64,000 nt of DNA from Ramazzottius varieornatus (taxonomy: Eukaryota > Animalia > Tardigrada), in NCBI GenBank assembly GCA_001949185.1, contig BDGG01000012.1, positions 364,973-428,972 of the forward strand. Direction: 5' to 3'. Both the position numbers and the translations under genes were made by a program. Below the pieces are notes generated by a model. The model was not told where the DNA came from. It did no database searches and worked only from the letters and a program-made list of their open reading frames with translations. Positions 34,601 to 47,645 of the stretch are shown piece by piece (within the stretch, counting starts at the first letter, position 1; every line of letters begins with the position of its first letter).

Positions 34601-35251
34601 CGAAGGACCGCTTTCGCGGAAACACGAAGCCGCAGCTGGTGGATCTAAAGCTAGTGACAGGTATGCCAGAGACTGATACATCTTTTTGCCTCTAGGTCGG
34701 AAACCTCAACCCGTTGTCTTTTTAGGTCCTGGGTTCAGATGTACGTCGTCGTCAGAGGAACCAAGCTTTTCGTTTATCGCGACGAGAAGTCGATGAGATC
34801 TGTACGTATTTTGATCCGTACCGTTATTTGAATTGTGTGGCCGGCCTAGTCCATACAGCTGTTCCATGTTATAATTTTTGGTAGGCTCCTGATAAGACTT
34901 TCCACGGCGAACAGCCAACAGATCTGTCTGGATCAACCGTGGAGAGAATCGAGCATCATGCCAAAAAGCACGCATTCCGCGTCACTCTGATTGACGGCGC
35001 GCAGTATCTCTTTGATGCGCGAAGTGAAGTAAGTGTTTTGTTCGTTGTCTCTTTGGAGCTCGATCAGAGGGTTGTCAAAGTGCAAGACTACAACCTTTTT
35101 CTTCAAACAGGACGAAGCTAACGCCTGGATAGAGCAGATCCGTGCCGCTGCTGGATCCGATTCGTCACCCGAAGCTCGAGCCAGCACATTGCCGGAAATG
35201 TCAAAGAGTGAGGCCAAGCGTCGAAGTCTTCCCTGGAGCAAGAAGAAGTAA
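22661..35251 (+). CDS. beta-Spec: Beta-spectrin (two CH domains, spectrin repeats, C-terminal PH domain)
   Basis: MTTD...[60 protein letters not shown], many spectrin repeats, PH-type end ([35 protein letters not shown]). Confidence 0.96.
24349..24436 (+). CDS. Putative alternative first coding exon of beta-spectrin
   Basis: [29 protein letters not shown] ends at a phase-1 GT donor that joins in frame to the shared acceptor at 24533. Confidence 0.5.
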
Positions 35252-35911
35252 ATGTAACGGGTGAGCGAAGATTGGAAGGATGGACAAGCCTGATGGTTAT
35301 ATCTCAAGTATGTTGAGATTGGAGAGAAGCTGGAATCACTGCCCTTTCATCTTCTTGATATTTTTTCTTATATTTTACCCTCTTTAAGAAACAAAATCTT
35401 TTTCCTTTCTCTTTTGCTGGTAGTCTTACACGATCCTGCATTTCGATCAGTCTTGATGAACAGCACAGCGCTGTCTGTGCTGCTGCATTTTTTACTGGAA
35501 CAAGTTGATGTTTTATCGATTTTGATTACGGTGACTTTGTTCCTTCGGGAGTGCGCGTCAACGTCGGTTATCTTTTCCGTGCTGGACTACTTTTTTGTTC
35601 ATTTTACCCCCACTTTTAGTCTTTTGGCAGCTTCTTTTGTTGTCGTTTGTTACTTTTCAGTTCTCGGTTGGTTGTTGTGGTTTTATCTCTCTAGAACCCA
35701 AACAGTAAAATAAATACAACGTAAAATGGGAGTCGGCAAACAAACTCGATCGGATTGTTTTTACTCATGGCGCACATTTCCAGTGAGATTGGTTGGTAGC
35801 TTGCGCCTCTTAGGGAAGACATCTGGTCGAGTTTGTTTCCCGGCTTTTGCAATGCATTCATCCAACCTTGTGAGTTTTCGAAACAGCTTTACTGTGCCGC
35901 ACAATGTTCGG

Positions 35912-36790
35912 TCAAGGGTTTATGCCAATCAAGCCTAAGGGTGCTCCAGTTCCATCAGTGATCTTTATCGGGATTGCTATAACGTGAGCCCCGACCGACG
36001 CCAGCTTGCCTAGGTTCTTGACGTTTTCAAACCCCACCGCACTGTTATTAGCCAGTATCTCATGGGTCTTGAAGACTGCTGCTTGTCCATAGTCGGTTGA
36101 TGGAGTGTCCACACCGAGACCACTGATGTACCTCTGGAAGACCAGAAATGCGGTGGTGTTCGGGTGGAACGCTGGAAAGTGGTAGGTTTCTACTCCGGTA
36201 GAGTTATCGAAATTGAAGATTTTCTTCTTGTCGGGCCAGAATGCATCCCAGCCGGAGTTCATAAATACGAAGGCACCATTGGGGATCCGTCCGTATTTCT
36301 TCTCCCAGTCGTAAGCGTCCTGAACAGTCACCTGATAATCTAGATTCCTGGCTGCCTTTTCTCTGACGTCGATGATTACCGCTGGGCCCATCAGCTTATC
36401 CAGTGGAATCTTTTCCACCGACAGTCTATAAAGAAACTCTTGGTTGATATAAGTCAAATATTTTTTGAAATTCTGCTCCCTTTTTCCTTACCCAATTTTA
36501 GAGAAGTGTGATGGTGCATCCAGATGGGTTCCTCCATGTTCCGCTGCCTCATAGAATTTTATTCTATAGCTAACTCCGTCGCTCTGCGTTTCGTCTTCGA
36601 TCGTAGTCAGACGGAAAGTTTCGTTATCCGCCAAGGTGGGCCAGTACACTGTCGTCCTGTCAAAAGTATGAGATAAATCCACCAGCTTGTCAGAAGAAAC
36701 GGAGAACCGTGAAACAGGATTCGCAAATGCCGCCTGTATACAGAGACGTAGTGCCCAAAAGAGGAGGACAGCTTTAACAGCGTCTGCCAT
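35912..36790 (-). CDS. Secreted putative cyclase / KynB-type kynurenine formamidase family, paralog A (exons 36790-36492, 36425-35912)
   Basis: Signal peptide, LVDLSH, EHGGTHLDAPSHF, GLGVDTPSTD, GFENV. Confidence 0.88.
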
Positions 36791-37003
36791 CTTGGAAGAG
36801 TTATAAACCCGCGAAAAAACAAAGCTAGACAAATTTCTGTTAGAACAAGTCTTGAAAAACCCAATCTCGTGCCATGCCACGTTAACCACAAGATACACCC
36901 ATATTACTACAGGGTTGAGACACGTAGCCTACATTCCGTTTTGAGCTCAGACGTACTGCAAGATGACAACGAAGCTACCGGCATTTTGTTGCTACCGAAA
37001 AGT

Positions 37004-37880
37004 TCACGGATTTACGCCAAGCAAACCAAGAGGAGCTCCGCTTCCGTCGACTATCTTCATCGGTATTGCGATGACGTGAGCTCCAGCCGGCGTTAGCTTC
37101 CCCAAGTTCCTCACATTCTCAAATCCGACCAAGTCATTCTTAGCCAAGATTATGTGTGTCCCGAGTACTTTTGCTTGGCCGTAGTCGGTGGATGGAGTAT
37201 CCACTCCCAGACCTTTAATACTCCTTTGGTAAACCAAGAAGTCCGTCGCGTTCGGGTGAAATGCCGGAAAATGATAAGTCTCTGTTCCCGAAGTGTTATC
37301 AAAATTGAAGATTGTCTGCTTGTCGGGCCAGAAAGTGTCCCAGCCGGAATTCATAAAGACAAAAGCGCCCTCTGGAATTCGGCCATGTTGTTCCTCCCAG
37401 TCTACCACATCCTGGATCGTCACTTGATAAACCGGGTTCGTTGCTGCTTTTTCTTTGACGTCGATAACCACGGCAGGTCCCATCAACTTATCCGCAGATA
37501 TTTTCTCCACCGAAGAACTAAAACGAGCGTTTTATCGATAACAACTAAAATGATAAAATTATTGCCAGTGGTCGTTTCACCTACCCGTTTTTCCAGAAGT
37601 GGGAGGGTGCATCCATATGAGTCCCGCCATGCTCTGACCCCTGGAAGAACTTGTCTCGGTAAGCGGTACCATCGGTCGAGTTTATCAACTCATGGAGAGT
37701 CTTCAAGTGGAACGTTGAATTCTCTGGTATGGTAGGCCAGTAGACGGTGTTTTCGTCGAAAGAATGCGACAGGTCCAAGAGCCTATCGGAAGACACGGAA
37801 AACCGAGAAACCGGATGTCCAACTGCTGAATAAGCGCAGACAAAAAGGCTCAGTAAGTAGTGAGCTTCCATAGCTCCCAT
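37004..37880 (-). CDS. Secreted putative cyclase / KynB-type kynurenine formamidase family, paralog B
   Basis: Signal peptide, LLDLSH, EHGGTHMDAPSHF, GLGVDTPSTD; same intron position as paralog A. Confidence 0.88.
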
Positions 37881-38418
37881 TTACAAACTGGATGTCTTGT
37901 TTGGGGCACTGGAAAGCTTTTGCCAGCAGTACAGCAGTAGTTAGGCAGATGCACTATGATGAGATAAGTACTTCGAAGGCGTATATGTAAGGCCTTAATG
38001 ATATCGATCTCTAGAGTCCGAAAGTTGCAATGGTCTGACCGGAAGCAAATAGGCCGTAATTTCAATGCACATGCCGGTCCAGACTAGAGATACACTTTGA
38101 CATCTCTCGAATACATTTAAACTGTTTGAATGGAATTAGAAGGTTTAAATTTTGATTAAATAGTTTAAATAGTTTAAATTATGTACTGTAATTTTTCAAA
38201 ACACAGTCCAACAAACACAAATTTATTTATATCAAATGTGCGTCATACTTGTATTGTTCGAGTCTAAGCAAACTTAGACACGTACAAGTGCACCAATACA
38301 CAAATGTTGATGAACAAGGGAGAAACCGAAGTATACATAGCGTTAATATAGTCTTGACAGGTCAGAGCAACAAGAACAAGTCGAAAGGACTCGGCAGGTA
38401 CTTTTAGGCCCTGCCTAA

Positions 38419-39540
38419 TTATTCGGTCTTCTGTTTTTTGTTGGATCCGAAGAAGCTTGTCATAAGCGTTTGCTTTCGATGTCCACTTCCTTTGGAGTGT
38501 CCTGCAAAGAAGCTTGTCATCTTGTCCTTCAGCTGCTTTTCATCGTACTTTAGTAGCTCTGTCCGCAAGGTCTTCGGTTCGTCTTCTGGCAGTCGGAGCT
38601 TATACTCGACCGTCAACCCGATCTCTTTCGGCAACTCCTTCAGCGACTCCACCAAAGCGCCGTAGAGTTCGCGGATGCTCTTATCGGGTATGTCGAAGAG
38701 CACTGCTTTGACATCTTGGAAACAACGACTGAAACCCTTTTCCGGATCGAAGTCGTATGTTCCGCCCAGCTTGTCCAGTGCAAGATTTCCGGCCAGGAAA
38801 TCGCGCAACAATGGTAAGTAGAGAAACAATTGCAGCTTGATGTATTTTTGTTCGGCGTTCGACGGTAGGTCTGTCGTCGAAAGAGTCTTCACATCGTTGA
38901 TGACCAAAGTCTTGCCGTCTCTACCCAGCTTGACGTCGTCCATTTTGCCGGTTACTGGCGGTTCGAAGCCCATCACGAACCCAATCATCTGCACTTCCGG
39001 CGCGATGGCGCCCTCTGTGTTGGTCAACAACGACCTTAACGCGCGAAACGGGCCAACGAGATACCGACTGGCGAACCAATCTTCATTGGAGTTGAGCCTG
39101 CTCAACTGAAGGTTTACAGGTACTGCCACCATTGCCGCCGTCGCTTTGACTTGGCTCTGTCGGTGGACGACGGCTCCGTCTCGAGCGCCCTGCATTCGAT
39201 TGACAAAACAGAAACCTTCAGTGCCGTCATGCGCCCACTAACGTCCAGCGTCGGTTGATCGGGGACTGTCCTCTTAAACTCTTCCGGTTTGGGCTTTCGC
39301 TTGATGGGTTGAGCTTTCTCCCAGTGTGACGTTTTTGGACATTTCGCCGACAAAGTACCATCTGGCACGGAAGGGTGGAAGTGTATGATCACGATCTTTG
39401 ATCCATCGAAACACGGGGAACATTTGATGCGAGTAAACAGGCGTGTCGATATCGTCGTCTTCGTCAACCTCGTCCTCCTCGATATTGTTCGCGATCGCAG
39501 CTTTCTCTTGGGAAGTCGATGGTTCAGCCACTGACTCCAT
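38419..39540 (-). CDS. Uncharacterised protein with C-terminal PIP-box motifs; 5' structure uncertain (possible frameshift)
   Basis: 258-codon ORF 38419-39195, likely intron 39190-39242, upstream acidic ORF (EEDEVDEDDD); ends QTLMTSFFGSNKKQKTE. Confidence 0.5.
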
Positions 39541-41016
39541 TCCGAGAAAGGGATGGATGACCGTTTGGAGAGTTTGTACTTTGTACCGCTGTTTGTATAC
39601 ACGCAAGGTCACAACTCACAGCTTAGAACTCGCCTGTCGCTTGCAATCAAGAGGGAATTGATAAAATAATTTGATGTGTAATGTTTGAAAACTGCATTGC
39701 GTGATGGATATTCTAGTAATCGAAGATGCGACGGGAAGACGAGTCACGAGTGAGCGGGGTCAGCCAAGAGGCCCAAAAGTCACACGAGTCCCCAGACCAA
39801 ATCCAGCTGCAACGGTCGAAACTGAATTTATGATGTCATACTGATTATTAACCTGATGAGGTATGCGAAGAATTGTGCCGGTGCTGGTGGAGATGCTGTG
39901 AACTTGAAGTCCCTTTGTGGAAGTTCGGTTCACACATACCTATATGGCATCAGACCGATTCTCGAAAGTAATATCGAAGATACAGATGGGATTTGCGCAA
40001 GACGAAGTCACGTGGTTTGCCGTACTGGCCGGTAAAACCTCGTGACACGCACGCGCTTAACTCATAGCCGAGCCACGCTTGCACTCATCATTCGAGTCGA
40101 GTAATCTTGTTGGCACGTTGTGTTCGGCTGATTGAAGTCTCAACATGAAGGCCTTGATTGATTTCCGGTGAACAATTACCGCTTTTCGGAAATTTCAAAT
40201 TTTCCAACGAGATTTTGTTCAGTAGAACAGTGCCTCTTCGATTCTGTTCTAAGTTTCGTCATTGTTCTTCTGAAATGCCTTGTTATCATTGGGAACGGAA
40301 CAGGTTTGTTTACCTGTTTTTTCGTGCGATTGCCAGTTACGGTTTACCACAAGACGGCTGTTTTCAGCAGAGCATACACTCTGGACAGTCTGTGCTATCG
40401 TCTCTTCTTGACGTTAAGGCAGTCCCTCCCGCGCGGAACTTGAATATTCCGCTTCATCAAGCTCGAAAGGGAGAGATCATTTAATACTTCTAACACCCGT
40501 AATCCTCTCCGTAATTAAAACCATCCCCTCACAGCAATATCAGATTAAATAGTGAAGACCTAAGCAGGTTGATGCGTGAATGTTTGGATACTGCTCAAGC
40601 CTTCTCGGTGCACTCGGTAGTGAGTGACGGTACAGTGGCGCAATAAGAGGATCTGTAAGCCAACAGGGTGCGCGACTCGACCGGGGGACACATGAGTGGT
40701 ACGGGCTGTGTGAGTCACGGCTTCATTTAATGACTCCACGTGTGCACGGACAAGTCATTGGCTGTACTTATACCCAGCGCGTGCACAACTCCTAGTTCAA
40801 ATGCGGCGAATTTTCATGGCGACGTCGTCTTGCTCGCATCACACCTGTAATCGTGCATTCCAAAGAACACAGTGGAACGTGTATGTCATGCATGAAGTAC
40901 ACTAAAATCACAACGTCAAAATGTCTCTATAGAAACAGAGGTCAAATTTTAATAGTGTGTGGCGTTACCACTGATACTACTTGGATGTGTTTCCGTAATA
41001 TTACAGTGAACTTTTC

Positions 41017-42290
41017 TTACGCAAAGATCTCTGTTTTCTGCGAGTTGAAATCATAATTGTTCATTATTCTCATGATGGCATCCGTGATCTTGTCGCCTCC
41101 TTGCGTCGAGGGCTCTATAGGGTTCGCGTAGTCCTTTGGACTGGAAAACATGGTTTTGAGGTCGATGACAGGCAGATGGTTCCGAAGAGCCGCTTCAATT
41201 ATCGCATCGTTCAGTGCCGTCAGTCCCATACTTGCCACTGTTTGCTGCGGAGAATCCCCGTAACTGGAAGGAATGATACAGTCAGCTGAAGACCTGCCTA
41301 TATAGAAGACCTAATTAACCTCTATTTACCTCTAACCCTCCTAGGAAAGTCGGGGAAAAAATTTCTTGGGACATCGAAAAAACAGTTCCATTCTACTCAA
41401 CTCGACACGCTCTTTCGAATGAGCCATACATGTTCAGGGACGAAAATGCTCCTGAAGCCGGATACCGCACATCACGTGACCAAAAACTCCGAATTAACCA
41501 AATCATGCCACCTAGAACAACTTTTGACGCTGATTCTGATACGTATACTAGTGGTTTCGTTTCTCTCTGCCGTGAGATCTCTCGCATCTGAACTAGGCTC
41601 TTCTGGAGGTTAGAGGTCAGATACCCCCAGCCTGCTGTGATAGCTCTTTAGTTTCGCTCTTCGAGCAAGGAAACGTACTGGATATAACTCGAACCAAAAC
41701 CGAAATGCTAACAGACGAAATTTCAAGAATTATCTTGTTACCTTGGATTATATATCGTGCAAATCGTAGTGGGAAGCTTCAGCTTCAACAACTGTTTCAA
41801 CATTTCGTCATAGGAGTTCTTGAATCGCTTCCGTACTGCCGACAAGGCAATGAGCGCTTCGGCAACGCTGCCTACTGACTTGGATGTGACACCTTGGGCA
41901 CCCAGAGCATCGTTCCCCCCGATGCTGAGGAATATGTCTACAACGAAGAAGAACACCTCATAAATGTGAGAATGCTTAAAATAAGCAAGAGATAAACCTA
42001 CGAGTAGCATCTTTGGGGATTCGACCAATCTGTCTGCGAATGACACCCTCCACCACATCTCCATCGATGGCTATCAGGCTGGCTTTCCATTCCGTGGGTA
42101 TTTTGTCGTTCAGATGCTTTATCACGCTCTTCCCAGACCTTCCAACGTAGACTTCGTTGTCAAAGATGGAGTCTCCGACCAGAACAATGTGGACAGGCTG
42201 ACCGGAAGTGGTGTGCGACATGGCAGCGTCGACACTGCTACGGGACGTCTTGGAGGCGTTTGGGATGAGCGAAGCCAGTCCTTTCAGCAT
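41017..42290 (-). CDS. SGNH/GDSL hydrolase of bacterial type (exons 42290-42002, 41937-41742, 41263-41017)
   Basis: HIVLVGDSIFDN (block I), IAIDG, LSIGGND (block III), CTIYNP, DYANPIEPSTQGGDKI; two in-phase GT-AG introns. Confidence 0.85.
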
Positions 42291-42483
42291 ATTCGACGAG
42301 CGAAAAGCTGAAAGGATAATAGTTATGGTTATCGAGGACACCAGCGTTACAATCGTACGCATAAGATCGAGGATGAGGATGAGGACGAAAACGTACCTGA
42401 AAATCGGCGATAAAAATTTTTGGAAAATTCTGCTCGTTTTCTTGACGCAGTGTTTGCGTTCAATAGACAAATCAAGTGGAGAT

Positions 42484-42608
42484 CAGGCTGGCATGGATGT
42501 ACCGGTAAGAATCATGGAATGGCTTGACAAACAGCACTGCAGAGGGGGAAATTTGGCAGGCCGACACAAACCACTCTGTCGGACTATCGGCACATCCATG
42601 CCAGCCTG
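42484..42608. mobile_element. MITE with CAGGCTGGCATGGATGT arms, copy 2
   Basis: caggctggcatggatgt ... acatccatgccagcctg perfect terminal inverted repeat; interior homologous to 16099-16208. Confidence 0.8.
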
Positions 42609-42810
42609 GAACCAATAATGCTTGATTGTCTCAGGAGCACGCCCAGTTGATTGACCGGAAGTCAGCATAATGTTCTCTCTTTCTTTGCAGTTACATGATC
42701 GATCATGGGATCCTTCATTTCGTAAATCTTTGTCGCTGGTACAGATGCCGCATGAGGAAAAGGTTTCACTGGTCTGAACCACCGGAGCTGACGGACACAT
42801 TGCAACCGAG

Positions 42811-44822
42811 ATGAGCTTTAGCATCCTGGATCCGCTGGGAGTATTCTTCTCCATTTCCGGTGCCAAAGGAGAGCGTCTGCTATTCCGTTACCCGTTTGAA
42901 ATTCTCGAAGGACGCAAGACCCGCGGAGCAAACCCGTACTCCCTGATCGTCACTGAAGATATCAAGAACCGCTCTTCAAACGCTGAAAATACTGTTGACA
43001 GCAAGCGTTGTTCACGATCGTCCTCCATGGTCGACGATGTCGGTGTACCATCTGGAGCACAACGCCTCAGAAGCTTCTCCGACAAAACGTTGGCTCACAT
43101 CTTCGCATTCAACATTAAGACTCCTCTGTACAACAAAAAGTTCGTCGTCAAGATCGATGATGTAGTGTTCGTCGGACATCCCATGCATATTACGGCTGGA
43201 ATAAATTTGCGGGTGAGGTGTGTAAGAATAGTGTAATACGAGATACGCAGCTGGTGGGCAGTACGGTATAGCTATGTGCGTTCAAAACTGAAATGTGGTA
43301 CGGGAAGTCTAAGCTTGTGGCCTACCAGAACTACAAGTTATTGTAGTGAGTGTAAACTATCTTACAGCTTCTCAGTTCTCATATTGCAGGCACTCAGAGA
43401 AATTCCTGCAAACGTCGACAAGCCACCTCAAGATCCTCTCCAGCGTCCTTCGCACACCGGATCGTCCATTTCGATGTTTCATATCGTATTCGCCCTTCGT
43501 GCTGAAGACGTATCCCACTTCGTCATAGACTTCTACCACAAGCTTTCACTCAAACTGGCTCTTGCCATCAACCACGAAGAACAGCGCGATGACTTCCTTC
43601 AGAAGCAAGTTAAAGGCCTGACGTCCACCATCGAGGAAGTCGCGGAGAGCAACCGCAAAGGAGGCCACTCGCCGGTCTCTCCCTACGGTGTGGCTCTCGG
43701 GAAGAATCAGCTTGCCATCCTCCTCCAGCGAGTCTACGACGATATCGTCAGAGAAGGAAGGACCAGTGTCCGGGTGAACAACTGGATCAACGTCAGCTTC
43801 TGTTTGCTTCCGAAGATCCATAGGGACGTAGAACTGAGTGAGGCTGCCTTGTCGGAGCACATAAGGAGAATGAAGCCCTATCATGGCTTGCTTTTGCTCA
43901 GTTCCGAGCAAGAAATTGCCAGTGATTTGCCCATCGATGCATCCTCCGGTTTACTTCGCTTTCTTCGGATAGTCTCCCCTTTGTGTAATTTCCAGCAGCT
44001 CGCTATGGAAGCTGGCACCACGCTGAACCAAGTAAGAACAAGATAGTGGTAGAAGCAGATGTTCCAGTAAGACGAATGCGTAATTTGGCAGATAGTAAAT
44101 TTGCATACACGTACATACGAGTACGCTACCTTGAACGCGCAGCTTGCAGTACGTAGGTTCGTGGTTTGTGGAATAACAGTTCGGTACCTTTATAGGTCTT
44201 CGCTATGGCCGGTCATCTGATCTACTGGGCGAAAGCCCGACTGATCTTTCCGGTGTGTGAGACCAACGTCTACGCGATCTCGCCCAACGCTTCGATCAAA
44301 GTTCTGTCAGACAACGTCGAAGAGTTCCATCAGAAGTTCTCCGATCCAAGCCTGCTCGAAATCCTTTCCGATTTCTCCATGCCACAGCCACTTCGTGACG
44401 TCGTTCCTCCCTTCTCCGACAATATGGACACAGGGAAGTTAACGCAGATAGTCATATGGTGCCTGAAGAAAGAACTTCTAATGCAGCTGCATACCTACGT
44501 CTGTTTGATACCGCCGGACGTGAAGGACCTGCGATACCTGCGCAACGACAAGCTTGACTGGATGTCGTTACCCTATGAAGTTAAAGACAAGGTTATGCTG
44601 AACCCACTGCTCAAAGATGAACAGCAGCAGGCTGATTTTACCGCTTTTATGAAACTCGTTCCTCATTTACGGGGGAAAGTTCACTTGGAAGAAATCATGT
44701 TTGATCTAAACCTTAAACGTTCTCAGCTCATTATCATATTAGACAAGTTTCGTGACGTTCTAGTTCACGCGGCTCACGAGGATCCAAACTTACAATGTTT
44801 TGATAAACGAAACGTTCCATAG
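42811..44822 (+). CDS. NPRL3: GATOR1 complex subunit NPRL3 (three exons)
   Basis: SGAKGERLLFRYPF, KFVVKIDDVVFVGHP, MFHIVFAL, HEEQR, VNNWINVSFCL, PYHGLLLL, HLIYWAKA, MQLHTYV, HLEEIM. Confidence 0.92.
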
Positions 44823-45614
44823 TCATTCACTTTTGTTGTGTTTCGTTTTTGTTTCTTTAGTGACTGCCAAAAGCTCAAAGCTTCAGGAAAATATAAATTC
44901 GCAAGGGATGTATCAATTGTATCAAAGCGGAAATATCGGTCTAGCTTTTGGTGATGACCTCGCTACAGGTTTGAATACTGACCAATGCCCATTTCAAGCT
45001 AACGCGTAAAGCTGCTAGTTTCATCTGCAAATCCCGGATACGAAGAACTGACCTTGTTTTGTGCATTCGTTTTCGAGACCCCCTTACGAACCAACCTGCA
45101 AGAAAAGACGACCGACTCCGGAAGATGGCGGATACCTGTATATCAGCAGCGACCAAGTCTCTCAGTGGCTGAAGTGAAAGTTCGTCATGGAGAGCGGGGA
45201 ATACGAAGGTCAGTACTGTCGAAATATCAAAAGATGCGTATAGACTCTAACGTTCCTCTGTTTTGGGTATAGGCTACATTTAACGAACCACTCATCCAAC
45301 TTGCCGTCAAATCTGGAAGTTTCAAGAGGATATGTGGCAGTTCTTTTCAGAAAAGATATTCGAAGGCACTGTCTGTGTGCGTTTCGAGTGCAACGCACAA
45401 GTTTCACAAAAGCTATCGGTACTGTGGCGAAAGATATTGCGCTTTAGACGAATTCGGTAACGTTCTAGTCCTCGCTAGAACGAATATTTCGACGAACGTA
45501 TGTGCCGTAATCATTTCTTGTGTTTTACGTCAGCTGTTTCATTAGACAAAGCTTTATAATATGCCAGGATTTTGTTGTGTCAACAGAGAATGAAAGATAT
45601 TCGCCAAACATGAT

Positions 45615-47645
45615 TTAGCTTTCGTCCATGCGAATACCCTCTTCCAAGTCTCGTCCCTTTGAATTCACCAGTTCGCGGCGTAATTCTGGAGAGATTTGAT
45701 AATGATGCTGAAGCTTGGTTAGTTCCATCAGAGCGTCTCGTTGCTCGCTGGCTATATCTTCCTTGTAGTGTTGAACGAATGTTAACAGACTCTGATGCCA
45801 AAGTACCGGCAACTTCCGCTTTTCACTCATAAACCTGTATGAAGAAAGGACATATTAATACAGGAACTAGCTCAATTGGGCAAAGAAACTGGACAATATC
45901 GCGCTTCTCCAAGTAGCGCACACTTCCAGCCAATAATAGTGAAGGTGTGCGCCACTTAGGAACTCGAAAACAATGGTTTTTCGAGTGACGCACGCTCTCG
46001 GTCAATGAAACCAGAAACATGCGGCACTTGGGAAAACAACCTTATCGAGTTTGTTTGCCGCGCTCCTACATACAGGAGAACTTAGCACTGGTGGACTAAG
46101 TTGGACGAACAATAAGCGTCATCAATTGTATGCACGTACCGCAAGAAATGGTACACTGTGGCGTCGATAACTCGATAAGGCAAAGCGTACTTCTTGTCCA
46201 GGAGAATCTTCAAGAAGACGCTGTTTGCCCCGCTGTATTCCATTTCGGCGATCTTCACAACCGCGGCAGCGGAATGAAGCATCGGGATGGAGTTCTTAGC
46301 AATAACGCCCGCAATAATAACGGCTTCACGCAGCGAACATGTCCCGCTCTGAGAAAACCACATATTTACTTAAGGTTCCCAAAAATTCGCTCATAAGGCT
46401 GTACCACGCAGTATTCCACTTACCTCGCACAACGGCAGCAGAAAACCTTTGAAGAATGCTCCTGGTTTGAAGAGGGCTTTCCGAAGAGCTTGATACAGAT
46501 GGAAGTTGAGTCTTTTGTATTCGGCAATGTCGTCGCGAACACGGGGAAGTAGAACTAGATTGTAAAACCTAAAACAAGAATAACCATCATGTGCCAATGT
46601 AGTTTCTTCTGGTTGCAATTCCAACAGGGAAATTTAAGTGTGTTAACAATGAAGTTTACCTTTGTGCTAGACGATCTTTCAAGTTGGACGCAAACAGTCG
46701 AGTAGCTTGAAACACGGCTGCGGCGGACCACGTTTCCGGTTCGGTGAGGTAAAGCACCTGGAAAGACATGGAAACAATGTGGTTACATAAACATGACTCG
46801 AGTTAACTTCCGGTTGATCAGCTACTGTTACCTGTTCCCAATTGGGCAGTTTCGGAATGATCTTAAAGGCTTTCGGTAATTTCCCACTGCGATATTTTTG
46901 GAGCACATCTCGAACGCCCTGATATAGTTCGACGATAACCGGATCGAGCTTTGAGATGATCAAGCTAGCTGGTTCCGAGACGACCGTGTCCAGCTCTGTC
47001 TTCTTTTCTGATAGTTTCTCGCGCAGTAACTCCTGCAGAGTCTTCTTTCCTGGCGCGTCTTTGGGCATGAAGAGCTCCAAGGCTTTCTCGTCCTCTTCCG
47101 TGATATTCTAAAAGCACATAAAACGATGCTTTGGCTCAGTGGATTATATACACAAAGAAGACCTACGACAGGCTCGTAGAATTCTTGTGTCTCTTCCTCC
47201 CGGTCCTCTCCATCAGATTCGTCGTCCGACTCGTCCTTCTTCGATCTCTTCGACAGCACCGGAATTCTGTTCACAGCGTTTTCGGTAACCGCGAGCATGT
47301 GGTAAGTAAGCTTGACATTAACTTACCTCTTTTCAGGCTTCGATGTAAATGCTGGAGGTTGTTCGTTCGCAGCGATCTCTTCTTCTAGCTCTTCCTGCTG
47401 CTCACGAGCTTGACGGAGGATGTTCTCGGACAGACTTCCCGTCACGTACTAACAATAGAGAAAGGACTCGTTAACCTGAATGTCGGTACGCCAGTGACAC
47501 TTACCTTATCTGGTTCATCCTGTCGCAGTCGTTCTTTCTTCCTGTTGGTCACGCGAGGAGTACCGTCGGCAAGGATTTGATTAGCGAGCGACTGCTCCTT
47601 CGTTCGCGCCTGGTGAGATAGCTTTAGACGTTTAATCTTCCCCAT
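45615..47645 (-). CDS. BYSL: Bystin (ENP1 homolog)
   Basis: [65 protein letters not shown]. Confidence 0.95.

Noticed and set aside
41322-41623. Weak inverted repeat (acctctaacc / ggttagaggt) in SGNH intron 2
   Set aside because: The arms are too degenerate to define ends or a TSD by eye.
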